Source: Promethearchaeota archaeon (GTDB lineage Archaea > Asgardarchaeota > Lokiarchaeia > Sigyniarchaeales > SOKP01). From it: a stretch of 36,215 nt of DNA. The position numbers and the translations under genes are program-made. Of the stretch, positions 1 to 9,268 are shown in pieces. Under the pieces are notes generated by a model. The model saw only the letters and a list, made by a program, of their open reading frames with translations. It had not been told where the DNA came from and searched no databases. Position 1 is the first letter of the stretch. Each line of letters begins with the position of its first letter. The stretch covers positions 1 to 36,215 of the forward strand of contig JAEOTP010000039.1 of the NCBI GenBank assembly GCA_016839765.1, read 5' to 3'.

Positions 1-2
1 AG

Positions 3-881
3 GGTGAGATTTTGTATCCTTCAATCGAGTTTCCGGCCTCTATTCATATATTTAAAAGATTAGGGTTTCCTAATAGAAAAATAAATGATCAGAATCATTG
101 TTATGTCATTGAAGATTTTAAAAGTAGCCTTTCAGATAAAACTAAATATATAATACACAGTCATGTTCAATCACTTACTGGTTTTAGACAAAATCTTGAA
201 AAATTGGGAGAATTCTGTAAAAAATATGAACTTCTCAATATAAATAACGCTACACAATCCTTTTGCTCATTTGAAATCGATGTAAAAAAACAGAATATAG
301 ATATGCTTGTTAGTAATGCTTTAAAATGGGGCGCATGTGGTTATGGAGCTGGATTTTTATACATAGATAGTAAATTACTTAGTGACAAAGAAATTCCTTT
401 TTCAAGTTGGCTGAGTGTTGAAAATCCCTTTTCTCTTAATAATGAGAATATAGAAGTTATAAATAAAACAAAATATATGGATACTTTTGGAGGGTGTCCA
501 AATTTTGCAGCTCTTTTATCTTTAAAAGGTAGTTTGGATTTAATTAAAACTCAGATTGGAAAGGGTAACATAAAAACTGGGATTAAAAGAATTCAAGAAC
601 GAATCATTCATTTGACAAATATCTTTGTAGAAGAAATAAAAGAATTTAACTTAAAAATTATTACACCTTTAGATCCTGAATTTAGATCAGGTATAATTAC
701 TATCCAACATGATAGAGCGGAGGAAATATACAGCTCTTTTATTAAAAACAATATTTATGTCACTTTAAAGAGATATCCTAATTCAGAAAAAGACACTCTT
801 CTTAGGTTCGCATTTAATTACTATAATAATGAAGATGATATTAAAAAAGTAATAAAAACACTCAAATTATTAAAAATATGA
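3..881 (+). CDS. Class V aminotransferase / cysteine desulfurase-like PLP enzyme, 5'-truncated by the window edge
   Basis: The frame is open from base 3 (GEILYPSIEFPAS). It has SHVQSLTG, NATQS at the DAxQ position, the PLP lysine in ALKW, GxGxLY and a C-terminal LRFAFNYYNNEDDI. Confidence 0.85.
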   Translation, partial: GEILYPSIEFPASIHIFKRLGFPNRKINDQNHCYVIEDFKSSLSDKTKYIIHSHVQSLTGFRQNLEKLGEFCKKYELLNINNATQSFCSFEIDVKKQNIDMLVSNALKWGACGYGAGFLYIDSKLLSDKEIPFSSWLSVENPFSLNNENIEVINKTKYMDTFGGCPNFAALLSLKGSLDLIKTQIGKGNIKTGIKRIQERIIHLTNIFVEEIKEFNLKIITPLDPEFRSGIITIQHDRAEEIYSSFIKNNIYVTLKRYPNSEKDTLLRFAFNYYNNEDDIKKVIKTLKLLKI

Positions 882-985
882 AGATTTAAAACTGGAATAT
901 ACGGAATTCATTTTTTATTTAAACTTTACTTGAAGTTCATTATTATAATCTATAATTTGAATAATAATATTTTAATTGTAATATT

Positions 986-1006
986 AAATATCCAATAAGG
1001 ATATTT
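986..1006. promoter_or_regulatory. Inverted repeat upstream of aor, candidate operator
   Basis: AAATATCC-AATAA-GGATATTT (8-5-8), ending 26 nt before the aor ATG. Confidence 0.3.
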
Positions 1007-1032
1007 TTTATAAAAACACATGTGGTAATAAT

Positions 1033-2889
1033 ATGGAATTAGGGTATAGAGGAAATATCTTAAGAGTTAATCTTTCAAGTGATAAAATCTCAATTGAACG
1101 GCCAGATGAAATTTTTTATAGGAAGTATATAGGAGGGGAGGGATTTATTGCATATTATCTCCTTAAAGAAGTGCCTAAGGGTGTAAATCCCCTTAATTAC
1201 AAAAACAATTTAATTTTCGCTAATGGTCCTTTAACTGGAACTAGTATTCCTTGTACTGGAAGAAATAGTATAGGCGCAAAATCTCCATTGACTGGGGGGT
1301 TTGGAGAATCTGAAGTAGGTGGATATTGGGGAGCTGAGTTGAAGCATGCTGGATTTGATGCGGTGATAGTTGAAGGAAAAGCTAATAAACCAGTATATCT
1401 CTCCATCCAAGATGAAGAAATTGAGATTAGAGATGCCAGCCACTTATGGGGAAAATCTACTGGAGAGACACAAAAAGATATCATTCGAGAACTTGATGAT
1501 AAATATATCCGTGTAGCTTGCATTGGTGTTGCTGCTGAAAATTTAGTAAAATATGCTTGTATCATAAATGATTATAGAAATGCAGCAGGACGAACAGGAA
1601 TGGGAGCTGTTATGGGTTCAAAAAATTTAAAGGCGATAGCTGTTAGAGGACATAATAAACCAAAAGTAAATAATAAAGAAAAGTTACGGGCAATTTTAAA
1701 AGAGAGTTATGAAACATTTAAAGAATATAGCCAATTTTTTACTTTTGGAACTGGAGGAAATCGAATGGAAGAATTTGCATTATCAGGTAATCTTCCTACG
1801 AGAAATTTTAGGGATGGAGAATTTAAATACGCAAAAGAAATAGATCCTGCTATTATTAGTGAAAAAATTAATTTAGGAAGAGATACTTGTTATGCTTGCC
1901 CCATTCGATGCAAAAAAGTTGTAAACATTTCTAATCCAATTAATATTGATCCTTTATATGGGGGGCCAGAATATGAAACTATCGCTGCATTTGGTTCTAA
2001 TTGTGGTACAAATGATATAGTAGCAATATCCAAAGCAAATGAAATCTGTAATAAAACTTCATTAGATACAATTTCAGCAGGAGTAGCTATTAGTTTTGCA
2101 ATGGAATGTTATGAAAATAAAATATTAACTGACGAAGATACTAATGGATTAAAACTAAATTTTGGTAACAGTCAAGCTATGTTATCTTTATTGGAAAAGA
2201 TTGTAAATCGTGAAGGACTAGGTGATATTCTTGCTGAAGGTGTTAAAAAAGCTGCTGAAAAAATTGGAAAAAACTCCCAAAAGTTTGCAATTCATGTAAA
2301 AGGTCAAGAAGTTCCCATGCATGAACCACGTCTAAAGCAAGGAATGGGTATTGGTTATGCTCTATCACCAACTGGTGCTGAACATATGGCTAATCTACAT
2401 GATACAGCAATAGCTAACAAGGAGCGAATAAAAAACTTCGCTTCTTTTAATATATTCGACGCACTTACTTTAGATGACTTAAGTGCTAAAAAAGTCAAAT
2501 CAGTAATATCCTTTACTAATTGGCGTGTTGTTGAAAATTCACTCCTTTTCTGCTTCTTTAGTCCATATACAATGAACCAAGAAAATAATTTATTAAAAAC
2601 TGTTACGGGTTGGGATACATCTACTTGGGAATTAATGAAATATGGAGAGAGAATAACAACTATGGCTAGAGCTTTTAATATACGAGAAGGATTTAATAAA
2701 AATGATGATTGGTTACCAGAGAGGTTTTTTGAGCCGCATACAACAGGTGCATTAGCAGAAAAGCCAATAAATTCAGACAAATTTAAGAATGCAAGAGACA
2801 TTTATTACAAAATGATGGGATGGACAGAAGATGGTATACCAACTAAAATGAAGCTTGAAGAACTAGACATCGAATGGGTAAAAACCTAA
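1033..2889 (+). CDS. aor: Tungsten-dependent aldehyde:ferredoxin oxidoreductase family protein
   Basis: GYRGNILRVNLS, KSPLTGG, AAGRTGMGAVMGSKNLKAI, CYACPIRC, GPEYET, DTIS and a C-terminal YYKMMGW-GIP. 618 aa. Confidence 0.95.
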   Translation: MELGYRGNILRVNLSSDKISIERPDEIFYRKYIGGEGFIAYYLLKEVPKGVNPLNYKNNLIFANGPLTGTSIPCTGRNSIGAKSPLTGGFGESEVGGYWGAELKHAGFDAVIVEGKANKPVYLSIQDEEIEIRDASHLWGKSTGETQKDIIRELDDKYIRVACIGVAAENLVKYACIINDYRNAAGRTGMGAVMGSKNLKAIAVRGHNKPKVNNKEKLRAILKESYETFKEYSQFFTFGTGGNRMEEFALSGNLPTRNFRDGEFKYAKEIDPAIISEKINLGRDTCYACPIRCKKVVNISNPINIDPLYGGPEYETIAAFGSNCGTNDIVAISKANEICNKTSLDTISAGVAISFAMECYENKILTDEDTNGLKLNFGNSQAMLSLLEKIVNREGLGDILAEGVKKAAEKIGKNSQKFAIHVKGQEVPMHEPRLKQGMGIGYALSPTGAEHMANLHDTAIANKERIKNFASFNIFDALTLDDLSAKKVKSVISFTNWRVVENSLLFCFFSPYTMNQENNLLKTVTGWDTSTWELMKYGERITTMARAFNIREGFNKNDDWLPERFFEPHTTGALAEKPINSDKFKNARDIYYKMMGWTEDGIPTKMKLEELDIEWVKT

Positions 2890-2901
2890 TATATTTATCT
2901 C

Positions 2902-3330
2902 TTAAGCTTTATATAAGCCAATAATTTCAGCTGATTCTAATGTATGTTCTTTAACTTTACTTATAAAATTATTTTTGGTTATACCTTCTAGATTTTCAAT
3001 ATCCAGAGCATAAATTCTAAAGAAATATCTGTGGGTACCACTAGGGGGCGCTGGCCCACCATAACCAACTTTTCCATAGTCATTTTTAACTTCAATTCCA
3101 GGAACGGGGCCTCCTTGAGGAATCTCAGTTGTATTGGCAGATATATTATGCACTAACCAATGTATCCAATCCCCTACAGGTGCATCGGGGTCATTACATG
3201 AAATTGCAAAACTTTTTGTTCCACTTGGAATATTTTCCCATTTTAAATGAGGAGAAATATTCCCTCCACGATAAGAAAATTTTTTATCCATTAACTCATT
3301 GTGTTGAAAATCATCACTTAATAGTTTCAC
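2902..3330 (-). CDS. YbhB/YbcL family (PEBP / Raf kinase inhibitor-like) protein
   Basis: NISPHLKW, DPDAP, WIHW, GYGGPAPPSGTHRYFF. GTG start. Confidence 0.95.
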   Translation of the reverse strand: MKLLSDDFQHNELMDKKFSYRGGNISPHLKWENIPSGTKSFAISCNDPDAPVGDWIHWLVHNISANTTEIPQGGPVPGIEVKNDYGKVGYGGPAPPSGTHRYFFRIYALDIENLEGITKNNFISKVKEHTLESAEIIGLYKA

Positions 3331-3490
3331 AAGACTAAATTATAACAATTTTATATATAACTATTACGATAAATCCAAAGATTATACTAATATATAAATA
3401 GACGTGCCTTTACTTCACTTATAGAGGTATATAAAATCATATTTACAGAAGAGTAGTATAGCAAAACTTACGTTATCAAAGGTTAGCTTT

Positions 3491-6334
3491 ATGATCACTG
3501 ATGAGAAAGACATTGAAAATCTTGAAACGCAACTTCAGCTTTTTATGGATACAGTAGATGATTTAATATTCATTGTAGATACATCAGATGTACTTAGATT
3601 AGAGTATGTTAATAACTGCACTTTTTTATATAAATTAGGATATTCTTCTGTTGATTTAATAGGAGAACCATTTCTTAGTATTATACCTCCAGAGGATATT
3701 AAAAAGGCTATAAGAGTCCTAAAGAAAGGATCTGAATTCCCTGATCGTGTTCAAGAGATTAAGGTCAAAAATTCCAAAGGAGTGTTAGTATGGGTCGAAA
3801 TAAAGTCAAAAAAGTTTAAACTAGAAGACAATTCTAAGAAATATTTTGTAATTTTGAAGGATATTTCAAGAAGAAAAACTTTAGAAGATAAACTAAGAAT
3901 TAATGAAGAACGATTTAAAAAGATCACAGAAACGATTCCAGAGATAAGATTTTGGAAGCTCTTTAATCCAAAAAAGTATGAAGAAGCCCTCCAAAGCTCC
4001 TATGAAATGCTGGAAATGGTAATGGAAAACATCCCGCAATATATTTTTTGGAAAGACACAGATTTGAATTATCAAGGGTGTAACGAAAATTATGCTAAGC
4101 TAGTAGGAATTGATGATCCTGAGAATATAATTAATAAAAAAGATAAGGATCTTCCTTGGACTCCGAAAGAAATAATAGAAATTCAATTGCAAGAAAAAGA
4201 GATCATAAAATCTGAAAAACCTGAATTTCATATTATTAATTCTTGGATTTTAAAGGATGGAAAAGAAATTTGGTTAGATATAAATAGAATACCTTTATAT
4301 GATTCAGAAGGAAAGGTTGTTGGAATATTAGTTACATCTGAGGATGTTACTGAAAGAATTTTAGCAGAAAAATTAAAAGATTTAGCAGCAAAAAAATTAA
4401 AAGAATCGGAAGAAAAATATCGTTATCTAATTGAAAGTTCACCCTATTCAATTTTAGTTTTTAATATGAAAGGAAAGATAATCGATATTAATTCTACTAC
4501 TGAAAAACTATTTGGATATAAAAAGGAGGAGATAAAAGGAAGATCCTATGAAGAACTTCCACTATATCCTCCTGAAATTTTTTCTATTATGAATAAAAAA
4601 TTTCTAAAATTATACAAAGGAGAGGAAATTGAACCAACTGATCTTCAAGTCTATAGGAAAGATGGAAAGATGTCGTGGGTAAAGGCAGAATTTACATTGA
4701 TTAAATTACGAGGAGAAACTTGTTTCCAAGCAATCGCTCAAGATATAACAGATAAGAAAGAAACAGAAGCAAAATACCGTGATCTATTAGAAACATCTAC
4801 AGTAGGGATTTTAGAAATTGATTTGATAAATCGAAATATTTCATATATTAATCCAAAATTATTAGAAATCATAGAATATGAGACAATTGAAGCTGTAAAC
4901 CAAGATTTATTTGATAAAGTAATTCATCCTGATGATGTGAAAAAACTTTTTAGATCAACTGAGGATAGGGATTTAGAATTCAGAATTAAGACTAAAGATG
5001 ATAAAATAAAGTGGTTACAAGGAAAAAAAACCAACCAACATGATGAAAAAGGCAATTTAATAAGTTTCCGGCTATGGTTAGAGGATGTTTCAGAGAAAAA
5101 AATGTATGAAAAATTAATTTATGAATTAAATATAGACTTCCTTAGTTTTTCCACGGATATTCAACAAAATATAATCTCATTACTTAAAACATGTCATCAA
5201 TTAATCAATGGTAAATTGGCTATATACATTAACAAAAGCACTCATAAAAATGAAGAGCAGTACAGAGTCATTTCATCTTTAGGAGACATTTTTACATATA
5301 GTAAAAAAGAACTTGAAGAAAATCCTTTTATCCTTGAACTATTTAAAGAAGAACATGATTTTCCACAAACTTATTACAGTATAGATGAAGCTGATTATGT
5401 GAAAACAGATGAATTATTTAAAAAAAATAAAATTAAAGCATGTTATGGTAAATTAGTTAAATCTGGAGAAGCGTTTAGTGATGCTCTCTGTGTCTTATAT
5501 CAAAATAATCCAATACTTACTAATCAAGACAAATTAGTCTTGTTTTTAATTGGTGATGCCATTGAAATTGAAAAAAGAAGATGGGAGGTACAACAACACT
5601 TAGAAGAACAAATTAGGAAGCTAAGTGAAATAGATAAATTGAAAACGGATTTATTATCAAGAACATCGCATGAATTGAAAACCCCTTTAATTTCTATTAA
5701 GGGATTTACAGAACTTTTGTTAAACCTTCATAAAAGTAAACTAGATCCAGAAGTCCTTTCAATTCTAGAAGAAATTAAGGAAGGAAGTAAACGTCTTGAA
5801 AATTATGTTAACGCTATAGTAGAAAGCTCCCAATTAGATCAAGGATTATTAAAATTGAATCCTTCAAAAGAAGATTTATCAGCACTTATAAATTACTGTG
5901 TAGCTCAATTAAAAGGTACAGCAAAATTAAGAAAACAGAAAATTAATGTGAATATTGATGAAAATTTAGAAACAACTTTTGATAAGGAAAGAATTTATGA
6001 AGTAATTTCTAATCTATTGATAAATGCTATAAAATATACTCCAATAGGAGGCGACATTGAGGTTCAATCTGATGAAAAAGATGGTTATTATATAATCTCT
6101 ATAAAAGATAATGGAATAGGTATAACAGAGCGCGAAAAGAAACAACTATTTACTAAATTTGGTAAAATTGAACGATATGGACAAGGATGGGACGTAGGTA
6201 TCGAAGGAACGGGTTTAGGTTTATACATTTCAAAAGAAATCGTAGAATTACACGGTGGTAAAATATGGGCGGAATCTGAAGGCAGAAATAAAGGAAGTAC
6301 TTTTCATTTTTCACTCCCAATATTTAAGATTTAA
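3491..6334 (+). CDS. Cytoplasmic multi-PAS sensor histidine kinase
   Basis: About four PAS/PAC repeats (ending DISRRK, DVTER, DITDKK, DVSEKK) and a GAF-like segment. H-box SHELKTPL, N-box NLLINAIKYT, G1 DNGIG, G2 GTGLGL. No TM helices. Confidence 0.95.
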   Translation: MITDEKDIENLETQLQLFMDTVDDLIFIVDTSDVLRLEYVNNCTFLYKLGYSSVDLIGEPFLSIIPPEDIKKAIRVLKKGSEFPDRVQEIKVKNSKGVLVWVEIKSKKFKLEDNSKKYFVILKDISRRKTLEDKLRINEERFKKITETIPEIRFWKLFNPKKYEEALQSSYEMLEMVMENIPQYIFWKDTDLNYQGCNENYAKLVGIDDPENIINKKDKDLPWTPKEIIEIQLQEKEIIKSEKPEFHIINSWILKDGKEIWLDINRIPLYDSEGKVVGILVTSEDVTERILAEKLKDLAAKKLKESEEKYRYLIESSPYSILVFNMKGKIIDINSTTEKLFGYKKEEIKGRSYEELPLYPPEIFSIMNKKFLKLYKGEEIEPTDLQVYRKDGKMSWVKAEFTLIKLRGETCFQAIAQDITDKKETEAKYRDLLETSTVGILEIDLINRNISYINPKLLEIIEYETIEAVNQDLFDKVIHPDDVKKLFRSTEDRDLEFRIKTKDDKIKWLQGKKTNQHDEKGNLISFRLWLEDVSEKKMYEKLIYELNIDFLSFSTDIQQNIISLLKTCHQLINGKLAIYINKSTHKNEEQYRVISSLGDIFTYSKKELEENPFILELFKEEHDFPQTYYSIDEADYVKTDELFKKNKIKACYGKLVKSGEAFSDALCVLYQNNPILTNQDKLVLFLIGDAIEIEKRRWEVQQHLEEQIRKLSEIDKLKTDLLSRTSHELKTPLISIKGFTELLLNLHKSKLDPEVLSILEEIKEGSKRLENYVNAIVESSQLDQGLLKLNPSKEDLSALINYCVAQLKGTAKLRKQKINVNIDENLETTFDKERIYEVISNLLINAIKYTPIGGDIEVQSDEKDGYYIISIKDNGIGITEREKKQLFTKFGKIERYGQGWDVGIEGTGLGLYISKEIVELHGGKIWAESEGRNKGSTFHFSLPIFKI

Positions 6335-6384
6335 GTTTTAATTTTAGAATATTGAAAATCAAACTTAAGAAAAGATTTAATCTA

Positions 6385-7062
6385 TTACAAATTTTGGCCT
6401 ATTCCATAATAGATCATAAAACCAAAAAGAATAACGATTAATGAGATAACATCCCAGAGCAACTTAAACAGAGAATTTTGCCAAGTGTTTCGTAAAATTA
6501 AACCATAGAATATAAATACCATTCCTATACATCCAGATATAAAAAGCCTTAATTTTTTTTTAAGTATTTTATCTTTAAATACCTTCAATAATTTTAAGGA
6601 AAGAAAAATATTTGGGAATAAGATAAAAAATGTAAAAAATAAATAGACTATTATAAGAAAATTCCAACTATATAAAGGTATTCCATCAATAATTTTGATT
6701 CCCTCAGGAAAAATCAGTAATAAAAAAAGGATAACGGCATAAGAAATAATAATTAGAATCTGTAATTTAATTGTAAAATTTACATAAAGTAGGTTAATCA
6801 TAAATGTCACAAGAAAAACCATTCCAAATATCAATAAATAAGCAGCAATAAAATAAATAAAAAATCCAACATTTGATGTGCTAAGAGGTACAAATATTAT
6901 ATTAAACAAAAGACCAGTTGCTGGAATGATATAGAATAGGCTTAATGTGAAAGTGGATTTATTGAAGTTTCTTTTCAATAGTTTGAATGCTAAATAATAA
7001 AATAAGATTATAATAAACGAATTGGGAATTAAAACAAAAGAAAATCTCATCCAATCGATCAT
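6385..7062 (-). CDS. Stand-alone 7-transmembrane protein resembling HisKA_7TM/7TMR sensor domains
   Basis: Seven hydrophobic segments in 225 aa, with basic cytoplasmic loops (KLLKRN, KDKILKKKLR). The family assignment rests on topology only. Confidence 0.75.
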   Translation of the reverse strand: MIDWMRFSFVLIPNSFIIILFYYLAFKLLKRNFNKSTFTLSLFYIIPATGLLFNIIFVPLSTSNVGFFIYFIAAYLLIFGMVFLVTFMINLLYVNFTIKLQILIIISYAVILFLLLIFPEGIKIIDGIPLYSWNFLIIVYLFFTFFILFPNIFLSLKLLKVFKDKILKKKLRLFISGCIGMVFIFYGLILRNTWQNSLFKLLWDVISLIVILFGFMIYYGIGQNL

Positions 7063-7235
7063 TGATTTAACATAAACTTCCCTAAATTTAACTTTTTTTA
7101 TTAATAATTAAACTAAATTATTTCTAAACATCACTTTATATATAAACACAATATCGAATTTGTAAATATAAATTATTAAGATATCTTAGCATATTCTCTT
7201 TGAGGAAATTTAAGTATTTAATAAAGAAATTTTTG

Positions 7236-8087
7236 TTATAAGCTAAAATCGAATAATTTCATATCAAAATAGTCATATGCAATCACGTTTGGTGCTAAAA
7301 TCATTTTTTTAATCTTTAAAATTCCTGAGAAAATAACTTCAATAGCAATATACGAGGCTGTAATCCGAACTATTGGCGCAAAAGACCTTAAAGTCAACTT
7401 TCCCGTAAGCATTCCTTCTACAGTATGTTTTTCTCTATCGAATCGATTCCTGATATTTGGAAAATTTAATAATGTTTTAAAAAATTGATTTTTTAGATTT
7501 TGTTCATTCTTATCTAATTTTTTCATTTCATTAATACTTAAATTATGAGTATCAAATCCGTAACATGTTTCATAATCAATATTATCAGGAGTAAACCACC
7601 AAGCCCAAAGATAAGGAATGCACCATGATTCTAACATTGGAATTCCTCTTTCAAGACAAGCTCTTGAGATAAGAATAGAGGCTAATGGATCATCTAAAAG
7701 CAGTGTTACAATTTCAACATCTTCAAGAATTTGGGAAATATTACTTGCATTCACTTCATAAAACTTTTTAATTTGTACATTTGGATTAATTTTTTTTATT
7801 AAATCTTCAATAACATCAACTTTATACTTTCCAAGATCATCTCGCGTGCAAGATTGTCTATTCAAATTAGATTCTTCAAATTTATCATTATCACATATTA
7901 CAATGTGTTCAAAACCAGATCTAACTAATTGTTCTGCTAATGGACCTCCCATCCCTCCAGTTCCAAAAATAGTAATAGATGTTTTTCTCAATTTTTCTTG
8001 CTCATCGATGGTTATTATTCCAATATTTCGATTTATATGATTCCAATAAGAATTTGACCAATATTTTAGTTTTTTATTATTAAACAA
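7236..8087 (-). CDS. ThiF-family adenylyltransferase (OxzB/FeeI-like subtype, no Zn motif)
   Basis: RNIG..EQEKL, GTGGMG, DNDKFEESNLNRQ, GKYKV. It lacks the MoeB CxxC pairs. TTG start. Confidence 0.9.
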   Translation of the reverse strand: MFNNKKLKYWSNSYWNHINRNIGIITIDEQEKLRKTSITIFGTGGMGGPLAEQLVRSGFEHIVICDNDKFEESNLNRQSCTRDDLGKYKVDVIEDLIKKINPNVQIKKFYEVNASNISQILEDVEIVTLLLDDPLASILISRACLERGIPMLESWCIPYLWAWWFTPDNIDYETCYGFDTHNLSINEMKKLDKNEQNLKNQFFKTLLNFPNIRNRFDREKHTVEGMLTGKLTLRSFAPIVRITASYIAIEVIFSGILKIKKMILAPNVIAYDYFDMKLFDFSL

Positions 8088-8167
8088 ATTTATTAACCTA
8101 ATATGATAATTTATTTTATATTTATTGATAACTGTTTATTTTATTATAAGAAAATTTTGATTTATAG

Positions 8168-9199
8168 TCATTCTTCATTTAGAATATAATTTAAAATAAC
8201 ATGTGTCCTACAAACTTTACCACCAACATTTTTAGCGAATTTTTCACTTACTTTAAGATCTCCAGCTATAGGACCACCAGCATATCTTATCTTTTTCTCC
8301 CAAGCTTGAAGAGATGTTGCTCCATACATTAATAAACCTAATCTTTTTCCTCTATGTTCTGGTTTTACTGCTAGTGTAAGAGGTATGCATGAATCATAAT
8401 TCCCTTTTTCATCTTTTCTAAAAGGATTTGGTATGAAACATCCACAAGCCACAATTTCATTTGTTGGTTTATATCTAACAAAATAAATCATGAAATTATA
8501 GCCATAATCAAAAACATATTCAGCATAATTATCAAATAAATTAGGATCTCTAGGGGCAACTTGAGCAGATTCAGGTAAATTTTCAAATTGTATCTTTAAA
8601 AAGATTGGTTTTAATCTCATTAATTCATCAAAATCTTCAGGATTAAAATATTCATAATCACTGAAATCTAAATTTTTTATTTCCCATGGATTTATTTTTA
8701 AAAAGTGGCCTTCCCATGTATTTTGTATGTTATATATAGAAAACCCTTTTCTTATAAATATTCTCTGGTATATTGGAGGGTTTACTGGAGCTATTGGGAA
8801 TAAATTAGAAATGCTTTTTTTTTGCATAAATCCCCAACCAAAGATAATACCTGGGATATTAATTGGGCCCTTGATTATTTTAAAATGATTTATTTTTCCA
8901 AAAAGTATCAATTTATCAATAAGATAATTAATCTTTACTGGATTATGATTAATTACTCCGAAATATCCAAAGTATAAAATATCAGGAGTTTTATGGTAAA
9001 CCAATACGATTCCAGTAGGATTTCCGGCTTCTAAAAGTAGAATCGCTTTTGCGTGAAAAGTTTTAAAATCTCTTATCATATATTTATGAAATTCTGGCCA
9101 AATTGGTATATTTGTGCCAATATATAAATTTTTTAAAATATCATTTAAATCATCTAATATTCTTATAGTCAATTCATTTCTCAAGTGTATAAGAGACAT
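8168..9199 (-). CDS. Tandem-GNAT acyltransferase, YghO / bacterial ceramide synthase (bCerS)-like
   Basis: YFGYFG...IKGPIN...PVNPPIYQRIFIRKGF in the N-domain, and the acyl-CoA motif AVKPEHRGKRLG in the C-domain. Confidence 0.75.
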   Translation of the reverse strand: MSLIHLRNELTIRILDDLNDILKNLYIGTNIPIWPEFHKYMIRDFKTFHAKAILLLEAGNPTGIVLVYHKTPDILYFGYFGVINHNPVKINYLIDKLILFGKINHFKIIKGPINIPGIIFGWGFMQKKSISNLFPIAPVNPPIYQRIFIRKGFSIYNIQNTWEGHFLKINPWEIKNLDFSDYEYFNPEDFDELMRLKPIFLKIQFENLPESAQVAPRDPNLFDNYAEYVFDYGYNFMIYFVRYKPTNEIVACGCFIPNPFRKDEKGNYDSCIPLTLAVKPEHRGKRLGLLMYGATSLQAWEKKIRYAGGPIAGDLKVSEKFAKNVGGKVCRTHVILNYILNEE

Positions 9200-9268
9200 T
9201 AATTATCTTCTTTTACATTATTTTTAAAAAAATACACTGCATTACTCTTCAGGAATAAAATTTTGTTA

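Noticed and set aside
1033-2889. AOR as BamB of class II benzoyl-CoA reductase, given the BamDE-like genes
   Set aside because: It lies about 17 kb from them, has no adjacent BamC-like ferredoxin gene, and looks like an ordinary AOR.
2902-3330. PEBP (and the SPATA20-like gene at 27676-29751) as eukaryotic signature proteins
   Set aside because: Both families are widespread in bacteria and archaea.
7236-8087. ThiF as a ubiquitin E1 or MoeB sulfur-carrier activator
   Set aside because: It has no Zn-binding CxxC pairs, and no Ubl, E2, JAB, ThiS or MoaD gene lies nearby. Its neighbours are acyltransferases.
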